A DNA stretch of 64,000 nt. Origin: the human T2T-CHM13v2.0 reference genome, Homo sapiens. Shown piece by piece: positions 12,891 through 24,871 of this stretch. A program made the position numbers and the translations under genes. The stretch is from the NCBI RefSeq assembly GCF_009914755.1, contig NC_060928.1; one strand, written 5' to 3'. How positions within the stretch are numbered: position 1 is the first letter of the stretch; every line of letters starts with the position of its first letter. Under the pieces are notes generated by a model, which did not search any database, had not been told where the DNA came from, and worked only from the letters and a program-made list of their open reading frames with translations.

Positions 12891-13682
12891 ATATTCACTT
12901 TTGTATTGATGGCAATTGGTATTTATTTATCTTTTTGTAAATGTAAACTACAAGTCAAAAATTATTTAATTTAAAAAGTTTTAGTGCCATCCATCAATAC
13001 AAAAATTAATGTCTGGAATGACAATAAAATTTATTTTGCCTTTTTGTACACTTTATTTTGCACCAGACAGTATTTCTCTTCCATGAAAACTCCTTACACA
13101 TGCAAGTCTAGAGATAAAATATGAATTTCAACAGGGAGAGAAATAATGAATCCCCACGGGCAAGTTATGTTTGAGATCTTCAGGGAATAAACATTTTCAC
13201 ACCATGACCTTAAACATGTCTCAGAGACAAAAAGTGACTTTCACCATTGCAAAGCAGTTCTGTTACCAAGTCATATCTGTCAGGCAAGAAAACCGGACCT
13301 CCATAAAATGACATCAAAAGTAACCAATGAATGCAACGGAAGTAATATTATGTCTAAGTAACATTATAGATTGTACTTGTTGCCATAAATATACTTACCT
13401 TTAGAAGGCAATTTATCCAAGGTAATAATTTAAATAATATGTTCATTTGAGCTGAAATTTAATGACTTTAAGGCAATATACCAAAATATATTTAACTAAT
13501 TTAATATACCTTATCAAACATTTAATAAACTCTATTAAGATATTAAGGTAAAAATTACACAATATGTAAAGAAGTTTGTGTGCATCTAGTATATATTATT
13601 CTCACTCCACTATTAAATACTGTTGGTTTCCAATTCAATTTTAATTCTTCATATACCAGTTCCAAATTTTACTTTAGCTTAA

Positions 13683-13989
13683 TTTTTTTTTTTTTTTTTT
13701 TTTTTGAGACAGAGTCTTTGATGCCCAGGTTGGAGTGCAGTAGCACAATCACGGCTCACTGCAGCCTCTGCCTCTACCTCTCAGGCTCAGTCGATCTTCC
13801 CACCACAGCCTCCCGAGTAGCTGGGACTATAGGCATGTGCCACCACACCTAGCTAATTTTCTTATTTTTTGTAGACACACGGTTTTACCATGCTTTCCAG
13901 GCTAGTCTCAATCTCCTGGTCTCAAGTGATCACCCACCCTCGGCCTCCCAAAGCACTAGGATTAGAGACATGAGCCACAACACCTGACC
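13683..13989 (-). mobile_element. AluJ
   Basis: PolyT followed by gagacagagtc..gctcactgcagcctc..gatcttcccacc (J-type diagnostics). Confidence 0.93.
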
Positions 13990-14399
13990 AGATTTTTTTT
14001 TTTTTGTCCAATCACATTTTTTTTTGTTTGATGGTATGTGAAGATTTCAATGTATTCCAAATATTAAGTATTTAAAGAGTGCATCATGTCTCCTTCCAAT
14101 ACAAGCTGTTTTTTCTTCCTTTTGATTATGTTCAACCCTCAAACCATTGACAGAGGTAAAGAGGAGAGACACAAAAGTTCAGAGTATGACCTAGATTCCA
14201 CAGATATCCGAAAGTACATCAACTGGATATTCTAGTCATCCTCTTTTCCTTTTCTCATCATTACTGAATGTCTTTAGGCCATCTAAACTAATCCCATTGT
14301 ATCTTTTATCTCTGTCTAGGTATTGATACCATGAAAGCTCAAGCTACCTTCATCTCTCCCATCCAAATCTTCATAAGTCTTTGCACATTCTCTATCTTA

Positions 14400-16090
14400 T
14401 CTCCATCTTCCACTCCTCCCTAACCCATGAAAAGCAACCATAGTACCCCTAATTTCCCAATTTATAATTAGCATCATTGTCTATATTCTCAAACACTTCT
14501 TCAGATTATCATGACCTTCTTACTCTATTAGAAACCTTGGCCTGTCCTGAGCACACAGCTTCTCAGGACAGGACACAGCAAATACAAATATATCTGATGC
14601 CTGGAAGAAAAGAGGCTCAGAGGAAAGCTTTTGTACCCGCTTTACCATGGTGATTATTGGAAAGGGACTTTGATTCATTTGCTGTTTTGCTTGTTAAATG
14701 TGGCATTGAACATCCAAAACTGTGTACAAATAAAATCATACATGGGTAAGGGCAGTGTGCAAGCCCTTAGAGGGCTGCAGCTTTCTAAGGCAGTGACAAT
14801 TCTTTCTCTCATTTCCTTTATATCACTGCATTGTCCTTCCTTATCATTACTGACTCTTGCAAACACTTTCCCATCCCTCTTCTTTTAAAATACAATACTT
14901 GAATTTAATTCTATCCTTACTCTTCATTTCCTTCAAATAATTTTACCTTCCATTCTCCCTAGGTCATTTCTTTCCATCATGATAATCCTAGACCTTGTCA
15001 TTACCAATTACTGCTGTCTCTTGATCATATTGATGACCTCTCTTCCCTTATTTTCCAGGTTAAATTGTATAGTAAATCCTTATATTCACTTTCTCTCATA
15101 TATCCTCAACTCCTCAGTCCCTCTCTCATTTTGCCTTATCTGCATGGAAAATTCATAAATCTGTTTATGCTTAAATACAATGATCTGCCTACCTTGAATC
15201 TGCATCTAGACAAATAAATCTGATAGAAGAAAAGCATCACACTAATTGGCTTCCCTTTAACAATCATGACAATGAAACTCAAGGGGTCTTGATGTTGTCT
15301 AGAAATTATACTACATATCTTGAGTCTATTCACTCTCCCACAGTCCTTAAGCAGTATTTCATACTTTCTCCAATCCCTTCAAAAACCTGTGTTTTTCTTT
15401 CTCATTCTTATATAAGAGCCTTTCCTCTTACTTTACATAAAAAATTTAAATTCTAAACATTTTAACAGACTCCCATCACCACACTTAGACACATATCAGC
15501 ATCTGTGCCCAAATACTCAAACTTTCTGTCTGTTAACATAAGATAATTATCAATGCTCTTGTCTCAAGCCAATACCTCCAGAACGTCACTAGATACCATC
15601 CCCTTTCATCCACTCCATCAATTTATATCTATATATTTGTTCATTATTGTTAGCATATGGACATATGAGCATATTGCCTCATTCTAAAAAAATTTAATTA
15701 AACATAAAAAATCTAATACAAACAACAAAAATGCTTCTCCTGATACAATTTTCTCTTCCTTCACCAAATTATCTGCTCTGTTTTTTGCAAAAAAATACCC
15801 TCCAATTCCAATCTTTACATTTTCTCATAAGCACACTCCAAGCAGGTTTCTTCTCCCTAGTATCCATTCAAATTGATCTAATCAAGATTTTCAATGACCT
15901 CCAAATTGCTAAATCCAATAGTCTCTTCTCCATTTTCATTTGACTTGACCTATAAAATAGCATTTTTTTCGAAAACACCATATGCTCTTAGTTTCTTTCT
16001 ATTCTTGGTTCATTTATCTTCTTTGTCCAAACTTACTCTCTTGATAATCTTATACTTTTATAAGCCAATGATTTTAGCTTTCAATATTCC
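14400..16090 (+). mobile_element. L2 (L2a-like) ORF2 fragments; 5' part of an element split by later insertions
   Basis: ccctagaccttgtcattacc; caatgacctccaaattgctaaatccaatagtc..ttgacttgacc. Confidence 0.7.
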
Positions 16091-16968
16091 ATAAAATCTG
16101 CTCTTTTTTCAACTCTCTTTCTTTACTTTAATTGACAAGCAAAAATTATATATATTTATGGTATACAACATGATGTTTTGATATAGGTATACATAGTGGA
16201 ATGGCTACATCAAGCTATTTATCATATTCATTACCTGGCATACTTATTGTTTTGTGGCGAAAACACTTCAAATCTACTCTTTTAACATTTTTAAATACAA
16301 ATAAAATCATTATTTACTGTAATCACCCTGAGGTACAATAGATATTTTGAAATTATTTCTCCTGTGTAACTAAAATTTTGTGTATTTTGTCTAACACCCC
16401 CCCAATTCTCCTAATCAAGAGCTGCTGATAACCACAATTTTAATCTGTTTCTATCAGTTCGATGGTTTTATACTCAACATATAAGTGAGGTCATGCAGTA
16501 CTTGTTTTTCTTTGCCTGGCTTTTTTCACTTAACATAATGTCTTCTAAGTTTTTCTATGTTGTAGCAAACAACAGCATCTCATTCTTTTTTATGGCTAAA
16601 TAGTGCTCCACAGTGTATATACCACAGTGTATATATACCACATTTTCTCTATCCATTCATCTGTTGATGGACACAAGTTGGTTCCATATCTTAGCTATCA
16701 TGAACAAAGCTATCATGAACACGGGAGTGCAGATATCTCTTGATCATACTGATTTTGTTTCCTTAGGATATATACCCAGACGTGAGATTCCTGGTTCATA
16801 TGGAAGTTCTACTTTTAATATTTTGAGTAACCTCCATAGTGTTTTCCATAACGGCTGCACCAATTTAAACTCCTTCCAACAGTATACAGAGTTTCTTTTT
16901 CTCCACATTGTGTCCTACACTTGTTATCTTTTGTCATTTTGATAATAGTCATTCCAACAGGTTTGAGG

Positions 16969-18160
16969 TTTTATTTTATTTTTCAAATTTTATTTTAGAT
17001 TCGGGGGCACATGTGCAGGTTTGTTACAAGACTATATTGTGTGATGCTGATGTTTGGGATATAATTGAACCCATCATCCAGGTAGTGAGCATAGTACCCA
17101 ATAGTTAGTTTTTCAATCTTTGTCCCCTTCCTCACTACTCCCTCTTGTGGTTCTGTGTCTATTGTTCCCATCATTAAGTCCATCTGTACCCAATGTTTAG
17201 TTCTCACCTATAAATGAGAATGTGGTTTTTGGCGTTCTGTTTCTTTGTTAGTTTGCCTAGGATAATGTCCTGTAGCTGCATATCTATGTTGCTGCAAAGG
17301 ACATGATTTTATTCCTTTTATGGCTTCTTATAATTTATGTTGTATTTGTACCACATTTTCTTTATCTAATTCACCATTGATGGGCACCTAGGTTGATCCC
17401 ATGTCTCTGCTATTGTGAATAGTCCTGCAATGACATATGAGTGCATGTGTCTTTTGGATAGAATGAAATATTTTCCTTTGGGAATATACCCAGAAATGGG
17501 ATTGCAGGGTGGAATGGTAGTTCTATTTTTAGTTCTTTGAGAAATCTCCAAACTGCTTTCCACAGTGGCTGAACTAATGTACATTCCCACCGACAGTGTT
17601 TATGCATTCCCTTTTCACTGAAGCTCTGATATCAGCTGTTTTTTTTTTTCTTTAACTTTTTAGTAATAGTCATTCTGACTGGTGTGAGATTGTATCTCAT
17701 GGTTTTGATTTGCATTCCTCTGATTAGTGATGATGGGCATTTTTTCATATGGTTGTTGGCTGTTTATATATCTTCTTTTGAGAAGTGTCTGTGTCCTTTG
17801 TCCACTTTTCAATGGGGTAATTTGTTTTTCTTTCTTGATTTGTTTAAGTTCCTTATAGATTCTGAATATTAGACCTTTGTCAAATGCACAGTTTGTGAAT
17901 ATTTTCTCCCATTCTGTAGGTTGTCTGTTCACTCTATTGATGTTTTCTTTTGCTGCACAGAAGCTCTTTAGTTTAATTAGGTCCCACTTGTCAATTTTTA
18001 TTTTCATTGCAATTTCTTTTGAGGACGCAGTAACAAATCTTTTGCCAAGGCCAGTGTTGAGAAGAATATTTCCTAGGTTTCATTCTATGATTTTTTATAG
18101 TTTGAGGTCTTATATTTAAGCCATTAATCCATCTTGAGTTAATGTTTGTATATGGTGATA
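16969..18160 (-). mobile_element. 5'-truncated L1PA15/16-like element nested in the L1MA
   Basis: 3' end ttttattttagattcgggggcacatgtgcaggtttgttac..acccatcatccaggtagtgagcatagtaccc; ORF2 peptide [11 protein letters not shown]. Confidence 0.88.
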
Positions 18161-18477
18161 GGCAACCCCTTGTGTTTTTATTTTACATTTTCCTGATGAC
18201 TAATGATGTTGGGCATTTTTTTTTTTCATATACCCATTGGTCATTTGTATTTTTTTTGTTGAAAAATGTCTATTTAGGTTTTCTGCCCATTATTTAATTG
18301 GATTTTTCTCTTACTATTGAGTGGTTTAGTTCCTTGTATATTTTGGATATTAAGCCATTATCAGATGTATTGTTTGAAAATATATTCTCCCATCTGGTAG
18401 GTTGTCTCTTCACCCTGTTGATTATTTCCTTGGCTGTGCAGAAGCTTTTCAATTTGATGTAATTCCATTTGTCTATT

Positions 18478-18478
<1 letters not shown>

Positions 18479-18508
<30 letters not shown>

Positions 18509-18510
18509 GT
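18479..18510 (+). repeat. (TG)n microsatellite
   Basis: Directly visible. Confidence 0.9.
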
Positions 18511-19030
18511 TTTTTTCTTGTGCTTTGGTATCACACAAAAAATCTTTCTTTAGACCAATGTCATGGAGCTTTTTCCTGTGATTTCTTCGAGTAGTTTTAA
18601 TTTCAGATCTTAGGTTTAAGTCTTTAATTCATGTTGGTTAATTTTTGTAGATGGTGTAAGATGTTGGTTTTATTTTATTCTTCTGCATGAGAATATCCAG
18701 TTGTCCAATACCATTTATTAAAGAGAATACCCTTTTCACTGTGTACATTCTTGCCATCTTGGTTGAAAAATAAATTGACCATAAATATGTGGATTTATTT
18801 CTAGGCTCTCTGTTTTGTTCCATTAACCTGTGTGTCTTTTTTATGCCAGTATCATGTTGTTTTTATTATTATAACTTTGTATAGATTTTCAAATTAGGTT
18901 ATGGGATACATCTAGCTTTTTTGTTTGTTTGTTTGTTTTTCTCAGCATTACTTTGTCTAATCAAGGTCCTTTATGGCTACATAAGAATTTTAGGATAGTT
19001 TTTCTATTTCTGTTAAAAATATCATTGAAA

Positions 19031-20965
19031 GTAAACAATCATATCATCAGCAAAAAGTTTCAGTTTGAGTTCCTCTTTACCAATTTGGATGCCCTTGATT
19101 TCTTTCTCTTGTCTGATTGCTCTGGCTAGGACTTCCTGTACTATGTTGAAGAGGAGTGGTGAGAGTTGGCATCCTTGTTTGTTCCAGTTCTCAGAGGGAA
19201 TGCTTTCAACTTTCCACCATCCAGTATTGTGTTGGTTGTGGGTGTGTCATAGATGGGTTTTATTACATTAAGGGATGTCACTTGTATGCCTACTTTGCTG
19301 AGAGTTTTAATCATTAAGGGATGATGGATTTTGTCAAATGCTTTTTTGCATCTACTGAAATGAACATACAATTTTTGTTTTCAATTCTGTTTACATGGTG
19401 TATCACATTTATTGACTTGCATGTGTTAAACCATTCCTGCATCCCTGGTATGAAACCCACTTGATCATGGTGGATTATGTTATTGGTATGTTTTTGGATT
19501 CAGCTAGCAAGTATTTTGTTAGGGATTTTGACATCTATGTTCATCAAGGATATCGGTCTGTAGTTTTCTTTTTTAGTTGTGTCCTTTCCTGGTTTTGGTA
19601 TTAGGGTGATGCTGACTTCACTGAATGAATTAGGGAGGGTTCCTTCTTTCTATATCTTGTAGAATAGTGTCAAAAGGATTGGTACCAATTCTTCTTTGAA
19701 TGTCTCGTAGAATTCTGCGGTGAATCCATCTGGTCCTGGACTTTTTTTTGTTGGTAATTTTTTAATTACCATTTCAATCTCATTGCTTGTTATTGGTCTG
19801 TTCAGAGTATCTAATTATTCCTGATGTAAGCTAAGGGAATTGCATTTTTTTCAGGAATGTATCCATCTCTTCTAGATTTTCTAGTTTATGTGCATAAAGG
19901 TGTTCACAGGTGGCTTGAATGATCTTTTGTATTTCAGTGCTGTCAGTTGTAACATCTCCTGCTTCATTTCTTAGTGAGTTTATTTGGATTTTCTCTCTTC
20001 TTTCCTTGGTTGATCTTGACAATGCTCTATCAATTTTATTTATCTTTTCAAAAAGCCAGCTTTTTGTTTCACTTACCTTTTGTATTTTTTTTTTTGTTTC
20101 AATTTCATTTAGTCCTGCTCTGATCTTGGTTATTTCCTTTCTTCTGCTGGGTTTGGGCTTGGTTTGTTCTTGTTTCTCTAGTTACTTGAGGTATGATCTT
20201 AGAGTGTTAGTTTGTGCTCTTTCAGTCTTTTTGATGTAGGTGTTTAGGGCTATGAACTTTCTTCTTAGCACCACCTTTGCTATATCCCAGAGGTTTTGAT
20301 AGATTGTGTCATTATTGTCATTCAGTTTGAATAATTTTTTTAAATTTCTCGTTTGATTTTGTTTTTGCCCCAGTGCTCATTCAGGAGCAGGTTATTTAAT
20401 TTCCATGTATTTGCATGGTTTTGAAGGTTCCTTTTGGAGTTGATTTCTAGTTTTATTCCACTGTGGTCTGAGAGAGTGCTTGATATAATATCAATTTTCT
20501 TATATTTATTGAGGCTTGTTTTGTGGCCTATCATATGGTCTGTCTTGGAGAAAGTTCCATGCGCTGTTGAATAGAATGTGTATTCTGAGGTTGTTGGATG
20601 AAATGTTCTGTATATATCTGTTAAGTCCGTTTGTTCCAAAGTATAGTTTACATCCATTGTTTCTTTGTTGACTTTCTGTCTTGATGATCTGGCTAGTGTT
20701 ATCGATGGACAACACTATTATTGTGTTGCTGTTTATCTCATTTCTTAGGTCTATTAGTAATTGTTTTATAAATTTGGGAACTCTAGTGTTAGGTGCATGT
20801 ATGTTCAGAATTGTGATATCTTCCTGTTGGACAAGGTATTTTACCAGTAAATAATGTCCCTCTTTGTCCCTTTTAACTGCTGTTGCTTTAAAGTTTGTTT
20901 TGTCTGATATAAGAATAGCTATTCTTATATCTCTGCTCGCTTTTGGTGTCCATTTGCATGAAATG
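19031..20965 (-). mobile_element. L1PB, inverted 5' segment (ORF2 from the endonuclease to the RT FADD motif)
   Basis: Minus-strand ORF2 peptides ([20 protein letters not shown]); ends at ..FADDMIVY against the left TSD. Confidence 0.9.
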
Positions 20966-22599
20966 TTCATGGATGGGTAGAATCAATATTGTGAAAATGA
21001 CCATACTGCCAAAAGCAATCTACAAATTCAATGCAATCCCCATCAAAATGCCACCATCATTCTTCACAGAATGAGGAAAAACAATTCTAAAATTTATATG
21101 GAACCAAAAAAAGAACCTGCATGGCCAAAGCAAGACTAAGCAAAAAGAACAAATCTGAAGGCACCACACTATTTGATTTCAAACTATACTACAAGGCTAT
21201 AGTCACCAAAACAGCATGGTACTGGCACAAAAATAGGCACATAGACCAATGGAACAGAATAGACAACCCATAAATAAACCCAAATATTTATAGCCAATTG
21301 ATCTTTGACAGAGCAAACAAAAACATAAAGTGGGGAAAGGACTCCCTTTTCAACAAATGGTGCTGGGATAATTGGCTAGCCACATATAGAATGAAACTAG
21401 TTGCTCATCTGTCACCTTATACAAAAATCAACTCAAGATGGATTAAGGACTTAAACCTAAGACCTGAAACTATAAAATTTCTAGAAGATAACATTGAAAA
21501 AATCCTTCCAGACATTGGCTTAGGCAAGGATTTCATGACCAAGAATCCAAAAGCAAATTCAATAAAAACAAAGACAAATAGCTGTGACCTAATTAAACTA
21601 ACGAGCTTTTGCAAGGCAAAAGGAACAGTTAGCAGAGTAATCAAACAATCCACAGGTGAGAGAAAATCTTCTCAATCTATACATCTGACAAAGGACTAAT
21701 ATCCAAAATCTACAACAAGCTCAAACAAATCAGTAAAAAAAAAACAAACATTCCTATCAAAAGTGGGCTAAGGACATGAATAGGCAATTCCCAAAAGAAT
21801 ACAAATGACCAATAAACATATGAAAAAATGCACAACATCACTAATGATCAGGGAAATTCAAATCAAAACCACAATGCAATACCACCTTACTCCTGCAAGA
21901 ATGTCCACAATCAAAAAATCAAAAAAAAAAAGTAGATGCTGGCATGGATGCAGTGAACAGGGAATACCTCTACACTGCTGGTGGGAATGTAAACTAGTAC
22001 AGCCACTATGGAAAACAGTGTGGAGATTCCTTAAAGAACTAAAAGTAGAATTACCATTTGATCCAGCAATCCCACTACTGGGTATCTACCCAGAGGAAAA
22101 GAAGTCGTTATTCAAAATAGATACTTGCACACGCATGTTTATAGCAGCACAATTGCAAAATCATGGGACAAACCCAAATGCCCATCAATCAATGAGTGGA
22201 TTAAAAAACTGTGAGAGAGATATATATATATATGGAATACTATCCAGCCATAAAAAGGAATGAATTAACAGCATTTGGAGTGATCTGGATGACATTGGAG
22301 ACTATTATTCTAAGTGAAGTATTCTAAATGAAGTAACTCAGAAATGGAAAACCAAGTATTGTATGTCCTCACTGATATGTGGGAGCTAAGCTATGAGGAC
22401 ACAGGCATAAGAATAATGCAATGGACTTTGGGGACTTGCGGGGAAGAGTGAGGGGGGGCGAGGGAGAGAAGACTACAAATATGGTGCAGTATATCCTGCT
22501 CAGGTGATGAGTGAACCAAAATCTCACAAATCATCACTAAAGAAATTACTTATGTAACCAAATACCACCTGTACCCCAATAACTTTCAAAAAAAAATTT
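20963..22599 (+). mobile_element. L1PB1-like forward 3' segment with polyA
   Basis: [12 protein letters not shown] through the ORF2 C-terminus; 3'UTR ends aataccacctgtaccccaataac followed by polyA. Confidence 0.92.
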
Positions 22600-22894
22600 A
22601 AAAAGTCATTGAAATTTGATAGAAGTTGCACAGAATCTGTAGATTATTTTGGGTAGTATGAACATTTTAATAATATTAATTCTTCCAATCAATCCATATG
22701 AAATATACTTCCATTTATTTGTGTTTTCTTTCATTTCTTTCATCAGTGTTTGATAGTTTTCAGTGTAAAAGTCTTTTACCTCCTTAGTTAATTTTACAAA
22801 CCAAATATTGAATTTTTAATAATATTGAAAAGTTATTATTTTATTAATTCAATTTTCTAACAATCTATTTTATTCTTTATTGTATTCTATATTC

Positions 22895-22970
22895 TTCTAC
22901 TCTATTATATTATTATATATAGAAACTACTCATTCTACTCTATTATATTATTATATATAGAAACTACTCA
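22895..22970 (+). repeat. Perfect 38-bp tandem duplication
   Basis: ttctactctattatattattatatatagaaactactca present twice in tandem. Confidence 0.95.
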
Positions 22971-24553
22971 TTTCTGTACATTGATTTTGTACTGAAATTT
23001 AACTAAACTCATTTATCACTTCTAACAGGTCCTTTGGTGGAACCTTTGGAATTTTCTATATATAAGATCATGTAATTTGTAAACAATTTTTATTTCCTTC
23101 CTTCCCTATTAGGATGCCATTTATTTCATTCTCTAGCCTAATTGTTATGGCCATGACTTCTAGTATTACATTGAAAATAAATGGTGAGAGTGAGTATACT
23201 TTTCTTGGCCTTGATCTTAGACGAAAAGATTTAAACTGTTCACTCTTTAAAATGGTGTTGGTATAAAAAAAATTGTGTTGGTTACAATCTTGTTATATAT
23301 GACCTTTATTGTGTTGAGGTACATGCCTTCTGTACCTAATCTGTTGAGAGTTTTTATCATAAAAGGGATTGAATTTTGTCAATTGACTTTTTCTGCAGCT
23401 ATTGAGATGATCATATGAGTTTTATTTTTCATTTTGTTAATATGGTGTATCACATTTATTGATTCTTATGTGTTAAACAATCCTTACATTCAAGGAACAA
23501 ATCCCGCTTGATCATGGTAAATGATTATTTTAATGTGTTCTTCAATTTAGTTTGCTAGTAATTTGTTGTGTATTTTTGCATCTATGAAGATCAGATATGC
23601 TTGCCTATAATTTTCTTTTCTTGTAGTGTCCTTGTATGAACTTTGGGTAGTGTTAAGTCTGAAAGTGTTTCCGCCTCTTCAATTTGTTGAAAGTGTTTTA
23701 GTATGCTTCTTATTACATCTTTAAATTTTTAGTAGAATTCAACAGTAAAGATATTGGGTCCTGGGCTTTTTTTGATGGAAGAATATTTTTTACTGATTGA
23801 TTCTTGCTCATAATTGGTCTGTTCAAGCTTTCTATTTCTTTGTAGTTTAAAGTTGATGGACTGTACATGTTTAAGAATGTATCAGTTTTTTCTAGGCTGT
23901 CCTATTTGTTGATGTATAACTGTTCACAGAAGTCTTCTGATCCTTTGCATTTCTCTGGCAATAGAATTACTCTTTCCTTTCTGATTATATTTATTTGTCT
24001 TCTCTTTTTTTCCTATACTGTCCAGGTAAAACTTTGTTTTCTTTCATATTTTCAAAAAAATCAATTCAGTGTTGTTAGCCTTTTGTATTGTTTTCTCCAG
24101 TCTTTATTTCATTTATTCCTACTCTAATCTTTATCATTTTCTTTCTTTTATTAACTTTGGGCTTAATTTGTACTGTTTTATCCAGTTCCCTGAGGTGTAA
24201 CATTAGATTGTTTATTTGGGATCTTTCTTATGTTCTATGTAGGCATTTATTGCTATAAACTTCCTTCTTAGAACTGCTTTTTGCTGCATCCTATAATTTT
24301 GGTATATTATGTTTTCATTTTTTTATCTCACGATATTTTTAAATTTGCCTCTTAATTTCTTCATTGACTCATCAGTTGTGGAAGAGCATGTTAATTAATT
24401 TTCATGTATTTGTAAAATTGTCAATATTCTTCCTATTGATTTCTAGTTTCATAACATTGTGATAAAAATATATTTAATATGATTTCAATTTTCTTAAATT
24501 TGTTCCAAGACTTGTTTTGTGGCCTAACATAAGATCTATCATAGAAAATGATG

Positions 24554-24871
<318 letters not shown>

